Origin: Elusimicrobiota bacterium
GTDB lineage: Bacteria; Elusimicrobiota; Elusimicrobia; Elusimicrobiales; UBA9959
NCBI GenBank assembly: GCA_027340875.1
Contig: DAIENX010000106.1
Span: forward strand, 1 to 30,970
DNA: 30,970 bases
Direction of reading: 5' to 3'
Part shown: in pieces, positions 1 through 7,302 of the stretch
Numbering within the stretch: the stretch's first letter is position 1
How the letters are laid out: each line of letters begins with the position of its first letter
Made by a program: the position numbers and the translations under genes
The notes under the pieces: generated by a model
What the model was told of the DNA's origin: nothing
Seen by the model: only the letters and a program-made list of their open reading frames with translations
Database searches by the model: none

Positions 1-91
1 GCGGCGGCGGGGGCGCGGGCACCCCGGCCTCCGGCTGGGAGGCCATGTTCTTGACCTTCGAGAATATCGATCCGCTGTTCTCTTCCGTCAT
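1..91 (-). CDS. Hypothetical protein, 5' part only (runs off the window edge)
   Basis: ATG at 91 lies 1 nt after the TAA of the 93..962 gene and is preceded by a GGGGG SD-like run. It reads MTEENSGSIFSKVKNMASQPEAGVPAPPPP with no stop before position 1. Confidence 0.7.
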   Translation of the reverse strand, partial: MTEENSGSIFSKVKNMASQPEAGVPAPPPP

Positions 92-92
92 A

Positions 93-962
93 TTACCCCC
101 GATCGTCCTTGTCAGCCGCTTCGGGAACCGGAGCCTTCGGCCTGAACCCCGGCCTGGTCACGATACCTTTAGCGGAAAGCTTCTCCACGAGCCCGATGAA
201 GGAGGCCGCGGCGGCCTCCTTCTCGGCGGTTTTCATCGCGCGCGGCGCGGCCTTCTCCAGCGCGGCGGCGGCCTTGTCCTTGTATGCCCCCTTCAGCCTG
301 GACCGCAGCTTCTCGGGAAGCGCCGGCAGGAACCTGGCCATGTCCGCCGGCTGCACGGCGCCGGCCAGCGCGCCGACGTCCCTATCGGACAGACCGTCGA
401 GGTCCTCTTCGAGCAGGAACATCCCGCGCAGGTCGTTGCCTGCCTTGTCCCCCCGGGAGGCCAGCTGCTGCAGCACCATCCCGCGCTCGGCGCGGGGCAT
501 AGCCCGTATCAGGTCGGCCGCCAGGGCCGCCCCGCCCACGCTGCCGTAAAGCCTGTTCTCCAGCTCGGCCTTCATGCCCCGGAGCAGGTCCATGTCGACC
601 CGCTTCGGCACCGCCAGGCTGGCGAGCACGTCGGCGCGCCTGGGCGGCTCCAGCACCGAGAGCAGCGCGGCGGCGGTGTCGGAGCGGAGGCACGAGACCA
701 CTATGGCCGTATCGTCCTGGGATTCGCCGGCCAGCAGGGCCGCCAGGGACGGGGCCAGCGACGGAGGGAAATCGAACACCACCCCGCAGCGCTCCTCGGC
801 CGGCCCGCGTCCGTCCGGCCCGGTTTCCGGCTCTCCGCCGGCGGGACGCAGACGGGAGAAGAGCGCCGGCGCCATCAGCCAGAGGGCGGCGCAGGTCACG
901 GCGGCCACCGAAAGCGAGGCCAGTCCTATCACCATGACATAATTTATATAGTTGAGCGGCAT
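93..962 (-). CDS. FliG middle + C-terminal domain-like protein with an N-terminal transmembrane anchor
   Basis: N-terminal hydrophobic helix (aa ~8-35). ESQDDTAIVVSCLRSDTAAALLSVLEPPRRADVL aligns by eye to the FliG_M segment EHPQTIALILSYL...AAEIL..L....RADV. It also has the GG linker (SVGGAALAADLI), MFLLEEDL resembling MFxFEDL, and LSDRDV...EKEAAAASFIGLVEKLSAKG resembling FliG_C. SD GGAGA upstream. Confidence 0.75.
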   Translation of the reverse strand: MPLNYINYVMVIGLASLSVAAVTCAALWLMAPALFSRLRPAGGEPETGPDGRGPAEERCGVVFDFPPSLAPSLAALLAGESQDDTAIVVSCLRSDTAAALLSVLEPPRRADVLASLAVPKRVDMDLLRGMKAELENRLYGSVGGAALAADLIRAMPRAERGMVLQQLASRGDKAGNDLRGMFLLEEDLDGLSDRDVGALAGAVQPADMARFLPALPEKLRSRLKGAYKDKAAAALEKAAPRAMKTAEKEAAAASFIGLVEKLSAKGIVTRPGFRPKAPVPEAADKDDRG

Positions 963-1097
963 TCTTTCTCCGGATATATTATCCGATTCCCGAGTGAATG
1001 TGGTGTTTCATAAAAGTGAATGAAATATTTCGCCGGCGCCGGCCGCTGGCCGCCGCTGGCGCGCGGCACGGGGCTAACCCATGCCGCCTTTTTTATA

Positions 1098-1129
1098 TAT
1101 AATTCATTCGACCATTCCCGCACAAGGAG
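1098..1129 (+). promoter_or_regulatory. -10 box TATAAT (1098-1103) and SD AAGGAG (1124-1129) for the POT transporter
   Basis: Consensus hexamer in an AT-rich patch, and an SD 5 nt before ATG 1135. Confidence 0.55.
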
Positions 1130-1134
1130 CCGCG

Positions 1135-2583
1135 ATGAGCATTCACAAGAACCAGCCGAAGGGACTTTTCCTGCTCTTCTTCGTAGAGATGTGGGAGCGC
1201 TTCTCGTATTACGGCATGAGAGCGCTGCTAGTGCTCTACATGGTGGAGGCGCTGCAGTTCACCACCGAGAAGGCGAGCCACGTCTACGGCTGGTACACCG
1301 GACTGGTCTACCTGACCCCGCTCTTGGGCGGCTACATAGCCGACCGCTACCTCGGCCAGCGCAAGGCCATAGTGATAGGCGGCGTGCTGATGGCCATAGG
1401 CCACTTCGCGATGGCCTTCCCGCCGATGCCTTTCTTCTTCGGCGCGATGATCTGCCTCATCATGGGCAACGGTTTCTTCAAGCCCAACATCTCCACCGTG
1501 GTCGGCTCGCTCTACGAGGAGAACGACCCGCGCCGCGACGGCGGCTTCACGATCTTCTACATGGGCATCAACGTCGGCGCTTTCTTCTCCCCGCTGATCT
1601 GCAGCACGCTCGGCGAGAAGATAGGCTGGCACTGGGGCTTCGGCGCGGCCGGCGTGGGCATGGTGCTCGGCCTCGCGATGTACCTGTGGGGCCAGAAGAC
1701 CCTGCTGGGCGACCACTGCAAAAAGCCCGCGGTCCCGCAGACCAATTACTGGCTGCCGATAGCCCTGGTCGCCGGCATGGTCCTGTTCCTGATAGCCGGC
1801 GCGATGGACTTCAACGGCTTCGACATAGCCGGCATGTTCCCGGCCTGGCTCAAGTGGCTGGCCTTCGTAGGCGTGCTGCTGTGGCTGGCCTACGCCTACG
1901 CCTCCAAGCCGGAGTCCGGCCTGACCCACGTGGAGAAGCAGCGCATCGCCGTGATCTTCATCATGGTGTTCTTCGCGGTCTTCTTCTGGTCGGCCTTCGA
2001 GCAGGCCGGCTCCTCGCTGACGCTGTTCGCCAAGAACGAGACCAACAGGAACCTCAGCCTCTTCGGCTGGAGCTTCCTGGTCCCCGCCGGCTGGTTCCAG
2101 TCGCTGAACCCCCTCTTCATAGTGCTGCTGGCGCCTTTCTTCTCAGGCATGTGGATAAAGCTGGCGGAGAAGAACAGCGAGCCCTCCAGCCCCGTGAAGT
2201 TCGCGATGGGCCTCGGCCTGCTCGCGATAGGCTTCGTGGTGATGATAGCCGCGGCCGCGGCCTACCAGCAGAGCGGCCCGGTCAGCGTGCTGTGGCTCAC
2301 CGGCGCCTACTTCTTCCACACGCTGGGCGAGCTGTGCCTCTCCCCGGTGGGCCTGTCGCTGGTGACGAAGCTGGCGCCCGCGCAGTTCGGCTCGCTGATG
2401 ATGGGCGTCTACTTCCTTTCCAGCACCGCGGCCGGCTTCGTCGGCGGCCGCCTCGCCGGCAACTACGACGCGATGAGCCACGTGAACTTCTACATGATCC
2501 CTACCGCCACCGGCGCAGGTGCGGCCTTGCTGCTGCTGCTGATAACTCCGAAGATACGCAAGTGGATGCACGGGGTGCACTAA
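1135..2583 (+). CDS. Proton-dependent oligopeptide transporter (POT/PTR2 family, DtpT-like MFS)
   Basis: ExxERFxYY motif (EMWERFSYYG), GGYIADRYLG, GNGFFKPNIS, FYMGINVGA and ELCLSPVGLS, with many TM helices. Start moved to ATG 1135 on the basis of the SD. Confidence 0.95.
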   Translation: MSIHKNQPKGLFLLFFVEMWERFSYYGMRALLVLYMVEALQFTTEKASHVYGWYTGLVYLTPLLGGYIADRYLGQRKAIVIGGVLMAIGHFAMAFPPMPFFFGAMICLIMGNGFFKPNISTVVGSLYEENDPRRDGGFTIFYMGINVGAFFSPLICSTLGEKIGWHWGFGAAGVGMVLGLAMYLWGQKTLLGDHCKKPAVPQTNYWLPIALVAGMVLFLIAGAMDFNGFDIAGMFPAWLKWLAFVGVLLWLAYAYASKPESGLTHVEKQRIAVIFIMVFFAVFFWSAFEQAGSSLTLFAKNETNRNLSLFGWSFLVPAGWFQSLNPLFIVLLAPFFSGMWIKLAEKNSEPSSPVKFAMGLGLLAIGFVVMIAAAAAYQQSGPVSVLWLTGAYFFHTLGELCLSPVGLSLVTKLAPAQFGSLMMGVYFLSSTAAGFVGGRLAGNYDAMSHVNFYMIPTATGAGAALLLLLITPKIRKWMHGVH

Positions 2584-2733
2584 GGCATCGGGGTATGGGC
2601 CCGTCGGGCACGGGGTCGGCCACACCGTGGCCGCCCCTCGACACTCGGACCTGGCCGCTCCACGGCCATCCCCTCGCCGCGCTGCGCAAGCGGCTCGGTC
2701 CGCGACGGCCCTCCGAACCCATCCCCCGACGCC
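2584..2733. repeat. 150-bp structured intergenic element closed by a 16-bp imperfect inverted repeat (REP/MITE-like or structured RNA)
   Basis: GGCATCGGGGTATGGG (2584-2599) matches CCCATCCCCCGACGCC (2718-2733) at 14/16, with several nested internal stems. Confidence 0.5.
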
Positions 2734-2749
2734 GTTTGTTGGGATTTTA

Positions 2750-2787
2750 AAAGAAGAACGCCCGGGTTTTCCCGGGCGTTCTTCTTT
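2750..2787. terminator. Bidirectional intrinsic terminator between convergent genes
   Basis: Perfect 17-bp inverted repeat AAAGAAGAACGCCCGGG-TTTT-CCCGGGCGTTCTTCTTT. Confidence 0.85.
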
Positions 2788-2804
2788 CCAGGCGCCGTCC
2801 GCCG

Positions 2805-3305
2805 TCAACAGCGCCGCTGGTTGTACTTGGCCAGCACTTCCATGAAGTTATGCGCGGCCATCAGATCGTCGGAGGTATGGCGCAGGCGGCGCAGCATGAC
2901 CAGTATTATCTCTATCAGCATCGCCGCGCCCTCGCGGGGGTGCGCGTCGATGAAGCGCATCAGGCCGTCGCGGCCCAGCTCTATGACCTCGGCCGGTGCT
3001 ATGGCCCGGGCCTGCGCGAAGCGCGGCTGGCCCTCGAGCACGGCCATCTCGCCGAAGTAGTCCCCCTTCTTCAGCACGGCCAGCTTGCGCAGCTTCTTGC
3101 CTTCCTTGTCGAGCTGCTTCTCTATGGAGACGTCCCCGGACAGGAGGATATAGAAGGTGTCGCCCTCCTCCCCCTCGTGGAAGAGCACCTCGCCTTTCTT
3201 CAGCGAGCGCCTGCGGAAGAGCCGGAAGAACTCCTTTGCCACCTCCTCCGAAAAGGAGGAGAACAGCCGCATGCCTTCCAGCACTTCCAACTCGCTCTTC
3301 TTCAT
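2805..3305 (-). CDS. Stand-alone cyclic-nucleotide-binding (cNMP/CAP_ED) domain protein
   Basis: LFHEGEEGDTFYILLSGDVSI...GDYFGEMAVLEGQPRFAQARA phosphate-binding cassette. 166 aa from ATG 3305, with no C-terminal HTH. Confidence 0.9.
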   Translation of the reverse strand: MKKSELEVLEGMRLFSSFSEEVAKEFFRLFRRRSLKKGEVLFHEGEEGDTFYILLSGDVSIEKQLDKEGKKLRKLAVLKKGDYFGEMAVLEGQPRFAQARAIAPAEVIELGRDGLMRFIDAHPREGAAMLIEIILVMLRRLRHTSDDLMAAHNFMEVLAKYNQRRC

Positions 3306-3340
3306 AGGCGTAGTATACAAAAATTCCGCGCCAGGACCGG

Positions 3341-3372
3341 AAATAAAAGCGCCCGGCCGTTGCCGGGCGCTT
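3341..3372 (-). terminator. Intrinsic terminator after the 3392..4399 gene
   Basis: Stem AAGCGCCCGGC-CGTT-GCCGGGCGCTT followed on the minus strand by a T-rich tract. Confidence 0.75.
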
Positions 3373-3391
3373 AACCGGGGGCGGAGGCGCG

Positions 3392-4399
3392 TCAGAACTC
3401 GTTGAAGTAGGAGACCTGCACGTTGCCCTCGCGGTTGATGATCCAGTGGTCCACCTTGCTGCCGCGCGGGTCGTCCGCTATCTGCACCTCGTACTTTCGG
3501 GCGGCCTCGTCGATCAGGGCCGGGTTCTCGGGACAGGAGTAGACGCGGCTGCCGTCGCGCTCCCGCATCCTGGCGAGCGCCTCGTGGAACTTGCGCACGC
3601 CGCCCGCGGTGGCGAACTTGGAGCAGTTCATGCTTTCCTGCATCGTGGCGTCCACATAGTTGCGGAAGTCTATCGGGCGCTCCTCGTTCCTGACCCATTT
3701 ACCGGCCCGGCAGGTCAGGTAGGGGCCTATATTGTGCTGCGCGCCCAGCACGTCGTCCCTTTTCTGCAGCATGTGGTTCCAGAAGCGCATGCCGTTGAAA
3801 TTGGCGGAAAGGTCGCCGTAGGAAAAGACTCCGGTCGCGAACAGGTTGCCGCCGAGGGCCGTCTTTTCCTTGAAGATGCCGCCCTTCAGCACGCTGACCA
3901 GCGGCTTCTCCTCGAAATAGTGGCCCTTGAAGTAGCGCAGGCCCATGCCGAACATATGCTCCAGCTTGTCCACGCCTACCACGGTGTCGCCGATCTTTAC
4001 CAGGGGGAACAGCGCCAGCGGGCTCTTGGCCGCGCCCTTGCGGCCCAGCAGGAAGCCGTTCCAGATCTTCCACTCGCTGTAGAGGGATTCCTTCAGCGGG
4101 ATCACCGTGCGCGGTATGTCGCCGGAGATGATCGTGCGCACCAGCTGGCCTTTCTTGTGGTTGGAGAAGACCTCGGTCAGCCGCTCGTAGAGCAGCTCCT
4201 CGCTCTCGCGGGTGTCGGAGCAGCCTCCCATCGCGTTCAGGTCGTCTATGGCGGCCTGCAGGCCCTCGTTGGCCAGACGGTTCACGGCCTCGGTGACGTC
4301 GGCGACCTGTCCCTCCGGCACCGTGAAGTGGTCGGCCTCGGCGGCCACGGCGGGCGCGGCGCCTAGCAGCAGTGTGATGGCTATCAGGTAATTCTTCAT
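3392..4399 (-). CDS. Secreted hypothetical protein with DKxxH...E...DxxAN motif
   Basis: SD GGAGG and Sec signal peptide MKNYLIAITLLLGAAPAVAA. Motifs GVDKLEHMFGMG and GVFSYGDLSANFNG; four Cys. Confidence 0.8.
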   Translation of the reverse strand: MKNYLIAITLLLGAAPAVAAEADHFTVPEGQVADVTEAVNRLANEGLQAAIDDLNAMGGCSDTRESEELLYERLTEVFSNHKKGQLVRTIISGDIPRTVIPLKESLYSEWKIWNGFLLGRKGAAKSPLALFPLVKIGDTVVGVDKLEHMFGMGLRYFKGHYFEEKPLVSVLKGGIFKEKTALGGNLFATGVFSYGDLSANFNGMRFWNHMLQKRDDVLGAQHNIGPYLTCRAGKWVRNEERPIDFRNYVDATMQESMNCSKFATAGGVRKFHEALARMRERDGSRVYSCPENPALIDEAARKYEVQIADDPRGSKVDHWIINREGNVQVSYFNEF

Positions 4400-4540
4400 C
4401 CGTCCTCCGTAACTGTTCCCTAGATGCTATCAATCTTCCTCCGCCCGCCGATTGAGGCGAAAGACCCGGGCCTGGCAGGTTTTTAGGCCTATGCCGGCCT
4501 GGGCTTAAAGGCCGCGGTCGCAACGCACCCCGGGAAAAAG

Positions 4541-4546
4541 TATAAT
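4541..4546 (+). promoter_or_regulatory. -10 box TATAAT for the amino-acid permease
   Basis: Consensus TATAAT with TCGCAA 17 nt upstream (4518-4523) and SD GGGAG at 4573-4577. Confidence 0.5.
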
Positions 4547-4588
4547 TTCGGACAGCGGTAATCCGGGTATTTGGGAGTTATTGCGATC

Positions 4589-6121
4589 ATGAAACATATC
4601 TTCGCCAAGAAACAGCTGAAGACCCTGCTGGCCGAGATGCAGGACGACAACCGGCTGCGCAGGGCCCTCGGCCCCGTCACGCTCACCTCGCTGGGCGTGG
4701 GCGCCATCATAGGCGCGGGCATCTTCGTGGCCACGGGCGCGGCGGCCAAGGGCGTGGCCGGCCCCGCGCTGATGGTGTCCTACGCGCTGGCCGGGATCAC
4801 GTGCATCTTCGCCGCGCTGTGCTACGCCGAGTTCGCCTCCATGGCGCCGGTGGCCGGCTCGGCCTACACCTACGCCTACACCACGATGGGCGAGGTCTTC
4901 GCCTGGATCATAGGCTGGGATCTGGTGCTGGAGTACGCGGTCGGCTCGGCCACGGTGGCCAACGGCTGGTCCGGCTACTTCCAGAGCGTGCTGGCCAAGT
5001 TCGGCGTGGCGCTGCCCGAATACCTGCAGAAGGCGCACTACGTATACGACAACGGCCATTTCACGGCCACCTCGTCGTGGCTGAACCTGCCGGCCATACT
5101 GGTGGTGATAGCCGTCACGCTGATACTCGTGAAGGGCATACGCGAGAGCGCGCGTTTCAACGCGGCGATGGTCTTCATCAAGGTGGCGGCGGTGCTGTTC
5201 GTCATCATGGTAGGCGCGTTCTTCATACACCCGGCCAACTACACGCCTTTCGCCCCCTACGGCTGGTCCGGCCTGAGCTTCTTCGGCCTGCACGTGGCCG
5301 GCCAGACCAACGCCGGCGGCGACCCGGTGGGCATGATAGCCGGCGCGGCCATCATCTTCTTCGCTTATATCGGCTTCGACACGGTCTCCACCCACGCCGA
5401 GGAGGCCGTCAACCCCAGGCGGGACATCCCGATAGGCATCATAGCCTCGCTGCTGATCTGCACCGTGCTCTACATAGCCGTGGTGGCCGTGCTGACCGGC
5501 ATGGTGCCGTACGCGCAGCTCAGCAAGGACGCCGGCGTGGCCGACGCTTTCAGGCAGGCGGGCCTGCCGTGGGCCGAGTTCGTAATAGCCGCGGCCGGCG
5601 TGGCCGGCATCACGTCGGTGCTGCTGGTCATGATGCTCAGCGGCCCCCGCGTGTTCCTGGCCATGGCGCGCGACGGCCTGATCCCGTCCAAGTTCTTCGC
5701 CGACGTGCACCCGGTGTTCCGCACGCCGTGGAAGAGCACGATGGCGATAGGCCTCTTCGTCTCGGTGCTCGCCGGGCTGCTGCCCATAGACGCGCTGCTG
5801 CACCTTACCAACATCGGCACGCTGTTCGCCTTCACGATAGTCTGCGGCGCGGTGCTGATCATGCGCAAGCTGGACCCGCACGCCGAGCGGCCTTTCCGCT
5901 GCCCTATGGTGCCGGCGGTGCCGGTGCTGGGCATAGCGGCCTGCCTGCTGCTGATGGGCTCGCTGCCGGCCGCCAACTGGTGGCGGCTGATAGTCTGGCT
6001 GGCGCTGGGTCTGGTGATCTATTTCTCCTACGGCCGCAAGAACAGCTTCCTCGGCAGGGAGCTGCGCGGCGAGAAGATAACCGACAGGCCCGTGATACAC
6101 GTGCAGGAGCCGGCGCACTGA
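4589..6121 (+). CDS. APC-superfamily amino-acid permease (cationic amino-acid transporter-like)
   Basis: GVGAIIGAGIF, ALCYAEFAS, GSAYTY, FFAYIGFD, EEAVNP, MARDGL and RPFRCP motifs, with ~12-13 TM helices. Confidence 0.95.
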   Translation: MKHIFAKKQLKTLLAEMQDDNRLRRALGPVTLTSLGVGAIIGAGIFVATGAAAKGVAGPALMVSYALAGITCIFAALCYAEFASMAPVAGSAYTYAYTTMGEVFAWIIGWDLVLEYAVGSATVANGWSGYFQSVLAKFGVALPEYLQKAHYVYDNGHFTATSSWLNLPAILVVIAVTLILVKGIRESARFNAAMVFIKVAAVLFVIMVGAFFIHPANYTPFAPYGWSGLSFFGLHVAGQTNAGGDPVGMIAGAAIIFFAYIGFDTVSTHAEEAVNPRRDIPIGIIASLLICTVLYIAVVAVLTGMVPYAQLSKDAGVADAFRQAGLPWAEFVIAAAGVAGITSVLLVMMLSGPRVFLAMARDGLIPSKFFADVHPVFRTPWKSTMAIGLFVSVLAGLLPIDALLHLTNIGTLFAFTIVCGAVLIMRKLDPHAERPFRCPMVPAVPVLGIAACLLLMGSLPAANWWRLIVWLALGLVIYFSYGRKNSFLGRELRGEKITDRPVIHVQEPAH

Positions 6122-6181
6122 CCCCGGGCGGCCCCTCAGCCAGCTGCGGCGCGGCGGCCCCCCCCCGGCAAGGGCGGTTTG

Positions 6182-6210
6182 TTGTAACCGCCCTTGAAAT
6201 TGTCTAAACT
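6182..6210 (+). promoter_or_regulatory. Putative sigma70 promoter of the ABC operon (TTGTAA-17 nt-TAAACT)
   Basis: -35-like TTGTAA 6182-6187 and -10-like TAAACT 6205-6210 with exact 17-nt spacing. Confidence 0.45.
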
Positions 6211-6224
6211 CTATGGACAGCACG

Positions 6225-7256
6225 ATGAAGAGAAGAGAGAATTTCCCTGACGAGTATCCGCGCCTGGCGGCGGCCCTGGCGGCCGCGCTCTTCCTGCTGG
6301 GCGGCTGTTCCCCGCGGGAACAGGCCGATCCTTCCAAACCCGCGGTCGGGCTCGTGTTCGACGTGGGCGGCCGGGGAGACAAATCGTTCAACGATTCCGC
6401 CTACAACGGGCTGGAGAGGGCCAGGAAGGAGCTGAACGTGCAGGCCGACTATATAGAGCCGGGCGAGGGCGCGGACAAGGAATCGGCCCTGCGCCAGATG
6501 GCTTCCGGCAGGTACGGCCTGATCTTCGGCACCGGCTTCCTCTTCACCGACGACATCGATACCGTGGCGGGGGACTTCCCCGGCAAGAAGTTCGCCTGCA
6601 TAGATTACGCGGTGGACCCCTCCAAGAAGATCCCGGACAACGTGCTGGCCATAAAGTTCAAGGAGGAAGAGGGCAGTTTTCTGGTCGGGGCCATCGCGGC
6701 GCTGACCTCCAGGACCGGCACCATCGGCTTCGTGGGAGGCATGGACATACCGCTGATCCATAAGTTCGAAGCCGGCTACCGCGCCGGAGCGCTGCATGTG
6801 GACCCGAAGTGCCGCGTGCTGATCGGCTACGCGGGCGTAACCGGCGACGCCTTCAAGAACCCGGCCAAGGGCAAGGAGCTGGCCCTGTCGCAGATAGGCA
6901 GGGGCGCGGACGTCATCTTCCACGCGTCGGGCTCCACCGGACTGGGCGTCTTCGAGGCGGCGCGCGAAAAGAAGGTCTTCGCCATAGGCGTGGACTCGGA
7001 CCAGTACGCCGAGGCCCCGGGCCGCATCCTGACCTCGATGGTGAAGATGGTGGACGTCTCGGTCTTCAGGACCATCCAGGACTATCTGAACGGCACTTTC
7101 AAGGGCGGGGTACGGGAGTTCGGCCTGGCCGAGAACGGCGTGGGCTACGTCTACGACGAGCACAACAAGGACCTGATCCCGCGCGCGATAATAGACAGAG
7201 TGGAAGAACTGAAGAAGCGGATAATAGCCGGCAGGATAAAAGTGCCCAATAAGTGA
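6225..7256 (+). CDS. BMP-family ABC substrate-binding lipoprotein (purine nucleoside-binding PnrA/NupN-like)
   Basis: Lipobox LLGG-C. Motifs GGRGDKSFNDSAY, FKEEEGSFLVG, GADVIFHASG and AIGVDSDQ. Alternative start ATG 6213. Confidence 0.92.
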   Translation: MKRRENFPDEYPRLAAALAAALFLLGGCSPREQADPSKPAVGLVFDVGGRGDKSFNDSAYNGLERARKELNVQADYIEPGEGADKESALRQMASGRYGLIFGTGFLFTDDIDTVAGDFPGKKFACIDYAVDPSKKIPDNVLAIKFKEEEGSFLVGAIAALTSRTGTIGFVGGMDIPLIHKFEAGYRAGALHVDPKCRVLIGYAGVTGDAFKNPAKGKELALSQIGRGADVIFHASGSTGLGVFEAAREKKVFAIGVDSDQYAEAPGRILTSMVKMVDVSVFRTIQDYLNGTFKGGVREFGLAENGVGYVYDEHNKDLIPRAIIDRVEELKKRIIAGRIKVPNK

Positions 7257-7302
7257 ACGGCCCGGGCCCCGTAAGCGCCGGAGCGGCGCGGAAATAACGG
7301 AA

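Noticed and set aside
2584..2733. tRNA or known riboswitch interpretation of the branched structure
   Set aside because: No T-loop GTTC, D-loop or CCA pattern, and it lies 3' of a gene rather than in a leader.
3306..3698. 131-aa N-terminal extension of the cNMP ORF
   Set aside because: It overlaps the upstream gene and crosses its terminator; the real start is ATG 3305.
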